From contig OZ037835.1 in the NCBI GenBank assembly GCA_964035575.1, positions 1,550,001 through 1,614,000 on the forward strand: a stretch of DNA of 64,000 nt, in the 5' to 3' direction. The DNA is from Rhynchopus sp. YZ270_cl-10. Taxonomy: Eukaryota. The notes below the pieces were generated by a model. The model ran no database searches. It saw only the letters and a list, made by a program, of their open reading frames with translations, and had not been told where the DNA came from. Positions 35,835 to 47,538 of this stretch are shown here, in pieces. Within the stretch, counting starts at the first letter, position 1. Every line of letters begins with the position of its first letter. A program made the position numbers and the translations under genes.

Positions 35835-37499
35835 ATGTCGAAGAAGCGGCACGCAGACAGCACGCAGGACGAGAACCCACCAAAGAGAAGACAGCTTTCT
35901 GCAGACCAGGTCTTGGTGGAGGCTATCAGAACTGTCAATACGACTGCTGTGCGGGCGGTCCTTAAGAAAAGGCCACACAGAAAAACAATGGCCTTCGATG
36001 TTGTGCGAGAGGCATGCAGAAGGAACGACGATGAAAGCCTCATACTGCTGCTTCCGTATGTTGAGACAACGCAGATGGACTTTGGGATCCTGCTGAGTGA
36101 GTGTGTCCACGCAGACCACGTTGCGTGCACGGAGGTCCTCTTGCAGCATTGGAAGTCAGTCTGCAAGAACACAGCGTTTGTCCCGCACGGCAAAGATGTG
36201 GACATGTTTGATTGTCCGGCCATGTGGTCAGACCCTGCAGTGTGTCGTGTCTTGATTGATGCAGGGGCAGACTTGCATATAAAGAACGAGTATAAACGTT
36301 CACCTCTGCACTATGCTTGCATTTCAGGAGCACTTGACGTTGTGAAGATGTTGGTGGTTGCAGCAGGTGCGGGAACACAGAAGTTCAGAGTCGCAGATGA
36401 CGAAGGGGAGACATGTTTTTCCATTGCGGCAAAATTTGGAAACATTGAGACTGTGCGCTATCTTGTGGGCTTGCCAGATGTCGATGTGAATTACGCGGAT
36501 GAGATCGACTACACTGCATTGCACGCAGCTGTGGGTCATGAGGCAACAGACTCGGTGCAGGTGCTGATTGATGCAGGTGCAGACTTTAACATACTGAACA
36601 ACGACGGACATTCGCTTCTGCACGATGCTTGTGAATTTGGAGCACTCGAAATTGTGAAGATATTGGTCAGTGTGGGTGCGGGAGTGCGTGTCACAAATGG
36701 CGAAAGGCACACGTGTCTTCACGCTGCGGCAGAAGCTGGACACACCGAGATTGTGCGCTATCTTGTGAGCTTGCCAGATGTCGATGTGAATCAAGAAACT
36801 GTAGATGTAGATAGCTACACTGCGTTGCACCGTGCGGTGATACATGTAGAACCAGACGTGGTGCAGGTGCTGATTGATGCAGGTGCACACATCGACACAC
36901 AGAACAACGTCGGGCGTTCACCCCTGCACTCTGCTTGCGCTTCAGGACTACTTGACGTTGTGAAGATGTTGGTCAGAGCAGGTGCGAAAGTGCGTGCCAC
37001 AGATGACGAAGGATGCACGTGTCTTATCCGTGCGGCACGTCGTGGACACATCGAGACTGTGCGCTATCTTGTGGGCTTGCCAGAGGTTGATGTGAATCAG
37101 GGAGATGCTCACAATCACACTGCGTTGCACCGTGCGGCGCTGAATGCGAACACAGACGTAGTGCAGGTGCAGGTGCAGACATCAACACACAGAACAGCGG
37201 AGGGACGTTCGCCTCTGCACTCTGCTTGCGCTTCGGGAACACTTGACGTTGTGAAGATGTTGGTCAGAGCAGGTGCGGGAGTGCGTGCCACAGATGACGA
37301 AGGGGACACGTGTCTTATCCTTGCAGCATTTTTTGGACACACCGAGACTGTGCGCTATCTTGTGAGCTTGCCAGAGGTGGAACTGAATCACAGAGACACT
37401 GCAACGAACTACACTGCGTTACAGTATGCGGTGCAGGAAGATCACAAAGACGTTGCACAGGTGTTGATGGATGCACTGTATGTTGTGTTTGGAGTTTGA
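35835..37499 (+). CDS. Ankyrin-repeat protein, array copy 4 (554 aa)
   Basis: Paralog; compensating 10-bp and 2-bp deletions at ~37165-37200 keep the frame open. Confidence 0.88.
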   Translation: MSKKRHADSTQDENPPKRRQLSADQVLVEAIRTVNTTAVRAVLKKRPHRKTMAFDVVREACRRNDDESLILLLPYVETTQMDFGILLSECVHADHVACTEVLLQHWKSVCKNTAFVPHGKDVDMFDCPAMWSDPAVCRVLIDAGADLHIKNEYKRSPLHYACISGALDVVKMLVVAAGAGTQKFRVADDEGETCFSIAAKFGNIETVRYLVGLPDVDVNYADEIDYTALHAAVGHEATDSVQVLIDAGADFNILNNDGHSLLHDACEFGALEIVKILVSVGAGVRVTNGERHTCLHAAAEAGHTEIVRYLVSLPDVDVNQETVDVDSYTALHRAVIHVEPDVVQVLIDAGAHIDTQNNVGRSPLHSACASGLLDVVKMLVRAGAKVRATDDEGCTCLIRAARRGHIETVRYLVGLPEVDVNQGDAHNHTALHRAALNANTDVVQVQVQTSTHRTAEGRSPLHSACASGTLDVVKMLVRAGAGVRATDDEGDTCLILAAFFGHTETVRYLVSLPEVELNHRDTATNYTALQYAVQEDHKDVAQVLMDALYVVFGV

Positions 37500-37906
37500 G
37501 ACATGCTCACGTACCTCGTGGCTTGGACCCTCACCTGCGTGTGTTAGCTGCGCTGGAGGTGGTGGTGTTTAGTGCATGGTAGTTTTCAAAACAGGTTTTA
37601 TTCTCCACATCGTAACATCGTAACACATACAGAACTAATAAAACCTACACTTTTGAACTCTTCTACACGACGTGATTTTCATTGGGCGCATCCTAGGAGG
37701 TACAGGGTAGTTCCGTGCATATCACAGAACCCGGCACCTTATGTGTGTCCCAAAAAACCAAGAGCGTTATTTGTGAACTTTTGAAGGAAACATAAAATAG
37801 ATTTCACCACCCCCCCTTTTTAGCATACCTTCGCAAATTTATGATGTAGCGCGTAGCGGGGGGGAGAAAAGGTAGCGTACACAACGTACGTAGCGTACAT
37901 GACGTG

Positions 37907-38178
37907 ACGTAACGTAACGTAACGTAACGTAACGTAACGTAACGTAACGTAACGTAACGTAACGTAACGTAACGTAACGTAACGTAACGTAACGTAACGT
38001 AACGTAACGTAACGTAACGTAACGTAACGTAACGTAACGTAACGTAACGTAACGTAACGTAACGTAACGTAACGTAACGTAACGTAACGTAACGTAACGT
38101 AACGTAACGTAACGTAACGTAACGTAACGTAACGTAACGTAACGTAACGTAACGTAACGTAACGTAACGTAACGTAAC
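37907..38178. repeat. (ACGTA)n pentanucleotide microsatellite
   Basis: Perfect tandem array. Confidence 0.95.
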
Positions 38179-38626
38179 TATTTCTATTGACACTCTATTG
38201 TCACTCGGGTTGGAGGGGAACAGTGATGGAACACAACGCATTTTTGACCCCAAAAAAACAGGGCACTTCACCTATTTTGAGCTTGGGTAATCAATTCCGG
38301 GGTGATTTTTGGACATTAGAGACGTTCTGGCGGTCTTATTGGGGGTGTTGATACTCATGACAAGGCAAAAAGAAAGCGTTTTTAAATAAACAATGGAGCG
38401 TTGGGTGTGTCAAATCTCTCTGAAACGCCTCTGGGGACTAGAAAAATCCCTCAAAAGCCACATATTTTTTGCCCCTCTTTTTCTTCCACTTCTTTTACAG
38501 CGAGCCAAATGCTTTTGCACGGCACGGGTCACACACAATGCCCACTCTCACCAGCAAGAATTTATCAAAAAGCAATTTCCCAAACACCACCAGACACACA
38601 CACACACACACACCCTTCCTCCCCTG

Positions 38627-39561
38627 ATGAAGCGCCTTCTCCTCTTTGCCACCTTGGCTTCAGTGTCCCATGCCTCCTCTGAACGTGTCCACCTCGCCTC
38701 CGACGTCAAGAACCTAATCCTCTACGCTGGGCGCTCCACCAACGCCCGCCGCGTCGGTGCCGTGCCCCAACTCTCCTGCAGCGGCCCAGACTGCAACGCC
38801 GTCGAGGTCGACTACATGCAATGCGAGAACATGGGCATGGGCTCCACCGGGGTACAGTGGAAGTGCACTGCATACCCTGAGATGGACAAACGGTATGCCC
38901 TGGGGTCTGTCAACGTCGGCTGCGAGGGATACAAAGACAAACAGGACCCATACGTTTTGCAGGGCTCCTGCGGGGTCGAGTACACAATCAAACGCACGAA
39001 GGCAGGACAACAACAGAACTCAAACAGGGACAGTAACTACGGTGGTGGTGGTGGTGGTGGTGGCTACTCCGCAGGGGGCCAGCGCTATCAAGGTGGAGGT
39101 GGTGGACACTCCTCCCACCACGCCTCGCACAACGACTACGCCAGCAGCTACTCGTACTCCTCGCCGACAGAGGGGAAGGGCACGCGATGGGTCATCTTCC
39201 TCATAGCTGCTGCCGCGCTTGCGTACTTCATGTTTTTCCGCACACCATCTGGACCAGGAGCACGCCCAGGGCCTCCCGGACGCAACGGAGGGGAGTACCG
39301 GGGGAGTGGTGGAGGTGGAGGAGGGGGCGGTGGTGGTGGTGGTGGTGGTGGTGGTGGGGGTGGAGGTGGCTACTTTGCGAACACAGGGTCGCGCTTCGGG
39401 AGCTACACGCAGACGCAGACGCAGCCGCAGGTTCCCCCCAACCCGCCTCAGCAGCAGCACGGCTTGTTTGGTGGTTGGGGTCAGTTCCTCGGGGGTGCCG
39501 CCCTGGGTTATATGTTCGGAGGAAACGGCTATGGCAACCAAGGCTACGGTGGAGGTTATGG
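38627..39561 (+). CDS. SARAF: SARAF/TMEM66-like protein, exon 1 (signal peptide, Cys-rich luminal domain, TM helix, Gly-rich tail)
   Basis: L.DV..L.L..GR.T.ARR..AVPQLSC.G..C....MQC.N.G...VQWKC...V.CEGY...DPYVL.GSCGVEY is the SARAF luminal signature; TM WVIFLIAAAALAYFMFF; GTATGT donor at 39562. Confidence 0.88.
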
Positions 39562-39873
39562 GTATGTAGGGGCTTTTGCCAAGAGGTTTCCTCTTCGGTG
39601 TGACTTCACCCCCTCTTCTGGTGGGCAATGTGTCGCTCCGAGAAAATGCTCTTCAACAATACAGCCCCATTTTGGGCCCTATTTCCAGCACTCAGAGAGT
39701 GCTCCAGAAAGGGGTTTTTAAACACACAACATTTTGGGCAATCTCCCGGGTTTGCGTGGGTTTGCGGGCATTATCCCTCAGGAATTGCCCATCTCCTATT
39801 TCAAACATACACCCTATGCGTAATGTGTCGCTCTTCTCACCCCCACATTGCCTTCATACCACCCCCCTCACAG

Positions 39874-40058
39874 CAACTACGGTGGCTACGCGAACCCCTT
39901 TGGTGGTAATGCCGGCTACGGAGGATACAACGCCGGACACAATGCGGGCTACAACGCTGGTGGTGGTGGATACTCGGGGGGAGGAGGAGGTGGTGGTGGG
40001 TACTCTGGCGGCGGCAGCAGCAGCAGCGGTGGTGGAGGAGGCACACACTCTTCAACAG
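39874..40058 (+). CDS. SARAF: SARAF-like, exon 2 (Gly/Tyr-rich)
   Basis: CAG acceptor ending 39873; phase-compatible (GG|C); GTATGC donor at 40059. Confidence 0.75.
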
Positions 40059-41192
40059 GTATGCGATGTTTGTCTTTCTACCCTTTTTTTGTTGCGTTAA
40101 TTGTACGATGATATGTGTGGAGGGTCTTTGAGTTTTGGCCTGGTAACAAACAGCTTCCTCCCAAAAACGCAAAATTCGGGTAATCAGGAGGTTTTCAAGC
40201 CAACAATTATTCTCTCATTTTTAAGCGTTGTGAGGAAGGTATACACAGAGAGCCCGACTACGCCTGAAAATAGGTTTGAGAAATCACTCTCTGAGGCGTG
40301 TCTGAGGCTTACCAATGTTGATATCAGTGTTCCTCCGAAAGTGCGACGTCTTTCTTCCCAACCAATGTAATCTAAGACCCATCTACCATTTAATATTGGC
40401 GACCAAAAAATTCGCCAATTACAAGAAAACCCCATCCGCCAATATTATTTGGTTGCCAAGTTTCTTGTACTGTATGTATATGCTTGGCGTGGTTCCGCGT
40501 ACTTAGTGCTTTTTAGTATACGGTCAGTATATGTTACCGGTACGTTACCCCCTATTTAGTTATCAAACACACACACACACACACGTCCTGGGCTGGACGG
40601 TAAATTGCATCCGGGGGTATATGGCGCCTCCAGAAGCCCTATGAAGAACCCTGAGGGTTAAACGTCACCCCCCCTTTTACCCCCTTTTGTTTTGTGACGG
40701 TCAGTCCAGTGGGCAACCTGCATTGCACCTCGCAGGCCCCATTGCCACACCCTGGGTGGTGAAGGTGAGGTGTGCTGCCTGGAAAGACATTCAACTTTTA
40801 TTTAGCCATAGTACCTTTTTTCCGCAGAGACTGTTCAAAATGGTCACAGGCGCCGCAGCTACACCACTAGTTGGTGTTTCATGGTAAGTGCGTCATACCG
40901 CCATGTATCACAGGGCAGGTGCCCGCGAAGATGAAAACCCCACAGGGTGAAGATCAAATCCTGATGTTGAATGACGGTTGGAGAAATTGATTTTGTATAC
41001 CCCCCGCTCCAATCGTCCGCGAAGAACCCTCCCCCTTTTTATTTTATTTTATTCGTAAGTCACCAAAACCGTATCAATAAGCCGTAGCCTCTCCCTCAAT
41101 ATGGCTGGTAGAAGTGACAAGTGGGCCATACTCCGTTCAGGCGTTACCCACTCTAAACCCGTTATCAAACACACACACACACACAACAACAG

Positions 41193-41218
41193 CCTTTGGT
41201 GGTACCTCTAACCGTTGA
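41193..41218 (+). CDS. SARAF: SARAF-like, 26-nt terminal exon (A-FGGTSNR*)
   Basis: CAG acceptor ending 41192. Splicing gives THSSTAFGGTSNR*, like the conserved SARAF end (S/T)G(Y/F)GGT.RR; total 381 aa. Confidence 0.7.
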
Positions 41219-41840
41219 TTCAGCAGAGGTTGTTCTGACGTGAGTTGGTGTCTGGACTGAAATTGAAGGACACATCGGCACTGCAGAAGGAAAAAAATGG
41301 GGGGAAAACAAAACAAAAAACCAAAAAAAAATTTTTTTTTTTCAAGGTTGAGCATGAACTACGTCTATCTTCCGTAGTACAAAAAACAAAATTATAGTGC
41401 AGTTCATCTTCGGGTGTCTACACTAAAACAACCAAATTTTCAACAAAAGAAAAAAAAATTGCCTCTCTCACCTAGTGGGAGTCGGCGACGTGTCGACACA
41501 TAAAAAAAGCTTTCACCAAGCACTGCATTGAGTACAGACCCCTAGTTTACCCGCTAAGGTGGGTATTTAGGCGAGTGTTGACACAACAACGACAAAAAAA
41601 GGGAGGGGGAAAGGGTGATTTTTTTAGAGCGCTTTTTTTATGCCAGCCTAGAAGGTACCGAAAGAGTATCTACAACAGCACTGAAAAATGAAAAATAATA
41701 ATGTATTGTGTACGGTTGTCTAGCAAGGCGTTCTAACCTTGGTGAAGTGGAGGGGGGGTTTGTGTGTATCGAAGCATAGCATGCACTGTGTGTTGATGTC
41801 TGTTTTTATTTTGTTTTTTTTTATATTCCTACGAAGCTCG

Positions 41841-42804
41841 CAGGCCTTTTGCTAACCATCATGCCATCATGCCACGTTTTTGGGCGTTTTTTATTTTTTT
41901 TTCCATCATGCCACCATCATGCCACGGGGGGTGGTGGGGCAAGGCTTTCGCTGTCCATCACCCCCAGATGGCATGATGGCATGATGGCATGATGGCATGA
42001 TGGCATGATGGCATGATGGCATGATGGCATGATGGCATGATGGCATGATGGCATGATGGCATGATGGCATGATGGCATGATGGCATGATGGCATGATGGC
42101 ATGATGGCATGATGGCATGATGGCATGATGGCATGATGGCATGATGGCATGATGGCATGATGGCATGATGGCATGATGGCATGATGGCATGATGGCATGA
42201 TGGCATGATGGCATGATGGCATGATGGCATGATGGCATGATGGCATGATGGCATGATGGCATGATGGCATGATGGCATGATGGCATGATGGCATGATGGC
42301 ATGATGGCACCTTAAAATTTTTCTGCTCGCTGCGCTCGCGGAGGTATACCTCAAAAAAATTTCCGCTCGCTTCGCTCGCGCTGTACGCCATTTTCTTCCT
42401 GCCTACGGTGTCATTTTACAATGTCTAGGGGGATTCCCTTGTATTTTACAGCCAAAAATGAAACTTGACCCAAGCTGCAAAAATTTGACCATTTTTAGTT
42501 CAAAGTGACCCAACCGTTGCAACAGCCCCTGCTTCTGGAAGACGTATTGATTTTGTACGGTTAGTGTACATAAGGCGCAAGACCAAGCGCCGTTAATAAA
42601 GGATTAGATTCCGTTTTTTTGTTATCTCGCAAAGCTGACCCTTCGCCTCTCCACCCTGTGGCTGGCAGGGAGGCGCGCGCGAAGCGCGCGACGACCACTT
42701 TCACCAGGTGGGAAAGCTCGGAATGTACTTTTTTTCCAGGAAATTATTTTTTTTTGACCATCATGCCATTCAGGGGGAAAATCCCAAAGTTAGCAAAAGG
42801 CCTG
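41841..42804. mobile_element. TIR element (CAGGCCTTTTGCTAAC) with direct repeat CGAAGCTCG on both flanks; internal (ATGATGGC)n at ~41968-42308
   Basis: 16-bp perfect TIR; 9-bp flanking duplication at 41832-41840 and 42805-42813. Confidence 0.8.
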
Positions 42805-43260
42805 CGAAGCTCGCTTCAAAGGAGAAATAGTACTACCGGGGGTACGGTCGCCAAATCATCCCTCAAACAGGAGGATTTGTGCAATCAAACGAAAACAACT
42901 TTACCTACCCGATCCTATTTTTTTTCCCCTTCTTTTTTGCTGTAAAAAATTCATCTTTCAAAAGTCTGGTTTTTTTTTTCAAAACTGTATGTGCACCAAA
43001 GTGGCACATCCGTTTTTACACATTCAGTTTCTTTTCTCTGAACATAATACCAACCTACGTTGCGAACCTGAATTTTTTGTTGACCCTGCAAAAAGAAAGA
43101 GAATAAATGGGGAGAAGAGAGAGAGATCGTACCTCTTCTCGAAGTACGCAACGACATGTTTTCCATCAAAAGGCCCCACTACCTCCACCTGTTTTCACAC
43201 CCCTATCACCCTTGTTCTCCTGGAACAGGAGAACAAGGGTGATAGGGGTGGAATAAATGG

Positions 43261-43299
<39 letters not shown>

Positions 43300-44781
43300 T
43301 CTAGGGAAGAATCAGTGTACCTGTTGGTTGTAGTTGAGTGAAGTCCTGTGAGGTCGAAAAACCGAAAAAAATGGGGGGGGGGGGGGGGGGGGAAGTAGGG
43401 TGGGGTGCTGTCTTTTACGTACGGGGGGGAGAGTGAGATCGGGGAAACGCAAAAAAAAACCAAAAAATTGTGGAAATTCTGCTTTGGTGTTGTGTTTGTG
43501 TTCCCAATTCCCCTTTTTCAACCGTACTTGAGTAAGACTACTAAGTGTCAAAAGAAGTAATAAAATAACCTCGGTTTCAAGCTCTTTCAAGATTCTGATA
43601 TATCCCTAGATCTCCCTATACGTAGCAACGCTACTTCACTAAGTGACTTTAAAGGAGAAGAAGAGAGAGACAGAGATCTGTACTGTAGCCGTCTGTAGAG
43701 ACGTGTACTCTACTACACCCGCACACCCCCTGGTGACCGCACTTTTTTTTCATTACGACTACTCCTGTTTGTGTTTAATTACACCCCCAAAAAAAAAACT
43801 GTGATTTTGGAGCATTTTAGGCAAGCAGGAGCAACACTTTCCCCCCCGGAGACTTTCCTTTCCTCTGTGAACTACTTCCCTACTTTTCAAAATGGCTAAG
43901 CACGAGAGGCTTCGGTCCATATGAGGAACTTCCCCCCCTTTTTTTTGTGTTGGTACGAAAAAAACTGTGCCTACTATCTAGTGATGGTAGGGTCTATAAT
44001 CAAACAATGTTTTTCTGTGTTGTAACAAAAACGTCGTTCTCTTCTTCGCACTATATATCCGCGCCCCCCTCCCCCGCCGCCCCTGTAGTGTGCTATAGCT
44101 GTCGCCCTCCTCCCGGCTGTGCTCAAGCAAGCCAAGACAGCACAACAACAACAATAATGTGAAAACCCCACCCATCCTTCTCTCCTTTCCCACCCTCTCC
44201 AATACAGAAATCTGTTTTTGTCCCCAGACTGCCCCCCTGTTTTGGATACGGAGTGCCTTTTGTTTTAAATAAAAAGTAATTTATTGCTTTTATCTATTCA
44301 AAAAAAACATATTTATTTATCAAAAACCCCTCTCCTTTTATTCCTCCAAGGGCAGGGGGTCGACTACTGTTATTCTGTAGAAGCCAGCGCAGCTGATGCT
44401 GTGCGATAACGAATATGAAAAGGTGACTAAGCACGAGAGGCTTAGGTTCATCTTATAAACTTTTCTTTATTTTTTACCTTTTTATGATTCCATGTAATGA
44501 TAAAAAGGAAATTGAACACCGTACCCTACTCCCTTCTGTTTCCCCTACTCTGGGGCGGGTTCGATCAGAGCCACATTTCACTGACAGGTCGAGGTGTGTG
44601 TTTTACCGCAACCTCTTTTAGTCGCAGTTGTTTTCATTGCTTTATTGTTTGCGGGGGTGACGGAAAAACATAAAAAGGAAAAGTAGGAAGAGTGCGGTTT
44701 CAATTTCTTCACCATGTTCACCCACTGCAGCCCCAACTCACAACCCCACCACACAACAGAGCAACACAAAAGGAAGACAAA

Positions 44782-46440
44782 ATGGAAGTAGTTATCAAGG
44801 ACTGTGCAGACAACTCGTACGTGATTGAGGTGGGTGTGGATGACACAACGGAGACGATGCGGCAGAAGGTGGCGTCTGCAGTGGGGTTGGCTGAGGACAG
44901 CTTCCTCATGGGCTTCGGAGGGAAGGAGGAAGGAGACGACATCACGCAGCTGAGTGCTGGAGACACAATCATCCTGACGAAAACTATGAAGTTCGTGGCT
45001 AGAGCAGCACTTCATGCGTTGGGTGAGGACATCACTGCAGAGAAGCTGAAGACGGTGAGGGATCCTGAGGTTGCGTGTTTGCTTCTGCAGGCGGAGGTTG
45101 CGACTGTCATTCCGAATCAGTTCTTGGCACGCACATCGTTAACAGCACTTGATCTGAGTGCTGTGTCCTGTGTGACGGAAATTGGTGATGAGTTTCTTCG
45201 CAACTGCACAACGTTGACAAGCGTCGACCTGTCTGGGTTGACACATCTCACGCGGATTGGTACCCACTTTCTTGCCGAATGCATCAGACTCACAACAGTA
45301 AACTTGCCTCCACTCAGCAATGTTACTCACATTGATAACTACTTTCTTTCCTACTGCAACAGCCTCAAAGTAGTGCATTTATCAGCTCTCAGCAATGTTA
45401 CTCACATTGGTGGAGACTTTCTCTACAACTGCATCAGCCTCACAGCAGTGGACTTATCCCCGCTCAGCAATGTTACACACATTAGTACAAGCTTTCTTCA
45501 CAACTGCAGCAGCCTCACCTCAGTAGACTTATCGCCACTCAGCAATGTTGCTCACATTAGCAGATGCTTTCTTTACAACTGCAACAGCCTCACAGCAGTA
45601 GACTTATCACCACTTCGCAATGTTGCACACATTAGTGAATACTTTCTAAACTGCAGGAGCCTCACCTCAGTAGACTTATCGCCACTTCGCAATGTTACTC
45701 ACATTAGTGAATACTTTCTTTTCAAGTGCACCAGCCTCACAGCAGTGCACTTATCGCTTCGCAATGTTACAGACATCGGTTTAGCCTTTATGGAGAACTG
45801 CAGAAGCCTCACCTCAGTAGATTTATCATCCCTTTGCAATGTTACTCACATTAGTGCATGCTTTCTTCAGAACTGCAGCAGCCTCACAGCAGTGGACTTA
45901 TCACCACTTCGCAATATTACTCACATTGATTCCTGGTTTCTTGCCGACTGCAGCAGCCTCACAGCAGTAGACTTGTCACCACTTGGCAATGTTACTGACA
46001 TTGGCAGAGGCTTTCTCCACAAGTGCAGCAGCCTCACAGAACTAGACCTGTCACCGCTCAGCAGAGTTACGGACTTTGGTCCGCCTACTTTTCACAGCTA
46101 CACTTCGTTGAGGAGCATCCACCTTGGCGGCTGCAGCAGTGCTGTGTCCAGTGTAATATGTCGATGTGGCGAGCTGAAGGAGTATGTGGTTGACGCACCT
46201 CCACCTCCGACACGCGGCGGAGACAAGACGAGAGTTCCACTTCTCAGCAATGTTACGCACATGGGTGAGCTTACGGGCATCCGCGACACTTCATTGAAGA
46301 GCATCCATCTTGGTGGCTGCAGCAGTGTTGTGTCCAGTCGAGTACGTGAAGGCGAGCTGAAGGAGTATGTGGTTGACGCACCTCCGACACGTGGCAGAGG
46401 CAAGACACAAGCAGCCTTGCCTTGCTGCAGTGTTTCGTAA
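44782..46440 (+). CDS. Ubiquitin-like domain + BspA/TpLRR-type leucine-rich repeat protein with C-terminal CaaX (intact copy 1, 552 aa)
   Basis: N-terminus MEVVIKD..YVIEV..DDTTETMRQKV...L.FGGK...LSAGDTIIL follows the ubiquitin pattern; ~25-aa repeats LTSVDLSPL.NVTHI...FL.NC.S; ends CCSVS*. Confidence 0.88.
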   Translation: MEVVIKDCADNSYVIEVGVDDTTETMRQKVASAVGLAEDSFLMGFGGKEEGDDITQLSAGDTIILTKTMKFVARAALHALGEDITAEKLKTVRDPEVACLLLQAEVATVIPNQFLARTSLTALDLSAVSCVTEIGDEFLRNCTTLTSVDLSGLTHLTRIGTHFLAECIRLTTVNLPPLSNVTHIDNYFLSYCNSLKVVHLSALSNVTHIGGDFLYNCISLTAVDLSPLSNVTHISTSFLHNCSSLTSVDLSPLSNVAHISRCFLYNCNSLTAVDLSPLRNVAHISEYFLNCRSLTSVDLSPLRNVTHISEYFLFKCTSLTAVHLSLRNVTDIGLAFMENCRSLTSVDLSSLCNVTHISACFLQNCSSLTAVDLSPLRNITHIDSWFLADCSSLTAVDLSPLGNVTDIGRGFLHKCSSLTELDLSPLSRVTDFGPPTFHSYTSLRSIHLGGCSSAVSSVICRCGELKEYVVDAPPPPTRGGDKTRVPLLSNVTHMGELTGIRDTSLKSIHLGGCSSVVSSRVREGELKEYVVDAPPTRGRGKTQAALPCCSVS

Positions 46441-47075
46441 AGAGCGACAGAAGAAGCTAGGCAAGGAACGTAGAGCAGCTCCGCTGTGACAGCTGCTTGT
46501 CCCATTCTGCGACGTCGGTGTGAGTCTTAGAAGACAGTGTCTGAATGAGAGTCAGTGAGGCACTCAGACAACACAGTTGCTTTCTCGTTGTGTAACTGTG
46601 CGATACCAGCGAAGCAAACACCGTGCAAAACGATCTCGGAGTGGACGTGCATTCGCTCAAGATACTGCGCAGGTCGTCATTCTCCAGTACCCGTGATCCA
46701 TTTCGAGTCACAAAGACATCCACACTTAGACAACGAGGCTTTCAAGTACCAAACAAATGATATCTACCGCCAGCTGTTTGTTGTCTCTTGCGGGATGGTG
46801 ACCCGCTTGTGACGCCGCCTGGGATACCCCTACACCTGCACGCATCAAACCTAAATGACAAGGCAGAGCAGTGGCGGGCTGCGTTTCTCTGTGCAGTCAC
46901 TCACTTGGGATATGTCGAATCTGGCTACGGGCATGAAGCCTCCGTTTTCCTGCAGGTCTTTACACAAAAGGACGTTACCATTAAGGACGCAGAGGTGTTC
47001 ATGTGGCGCAGACCTGTTCTGAGAGAAGACACTAACGAAACACTCAAAGAAGAAATGGAGTCGGGGAAGAAAAAA

Positions 47076-47538
47076 GCCGGACCCCGAGGTGAAGCTGGCT
47101 TTGCGTATGATGTAGTTCGGTTTGGCGCGTGCGTCCGACGTGGAGAAGCTGAAGGTGGAGGAGGTGAAGGTGACGGGGGACGACAACGTGGCGGTGACGT
47201 GGAGGCCGACCCGTTCAACCTTGGGCGAGCCACCGGCATGCACCTGCCGCAAACGCTGCGCGCACAGCTGGGGAAACAGCAGAAGAAGGAGAAAGGGAAG
47301 CCGCTGCCGGGGGCAACATACCCAAGGTTGGCCCGAGCCCTGAAGCGAGTGGACTCGACGCTGACGCCACACTCACTGCGCAGGGGGGGGCATCCACCAC
47401 CTGGTGCACGAGGGGGTAGATCTGGCGCAGATCCAGAAGGTGTCCCGCCACGAGACGCTGAAAGGGTTGTGCCACTACGCGCCTTTGGCGGAGTCTGCAG
47501 CGGTCGCGGAGACGGCAAGGGTGTCGATGCGGCTGTGA
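47076..47538 (+). pseudogene. Degenerate tyrosine recombinase fragment (DIRS/VIPER/TATE-type element relic)
   Basis: Across frames: LRMM*FGLARASDV..L, TPHSLRRGG and IQKVSRHETLKGLCHY give the R..HxxR..H..Y motif order; one stop and two frameshifts; absent from the paralogous flank at ~60270. Confidence 0.7.

Noticed and set aside
46545..47060. ORF-like sequence in the 3' flank of Ubl-LRR genes (also 59746-60270)
   Set aside because: Frames are broken in both copies; no recognisable domain.
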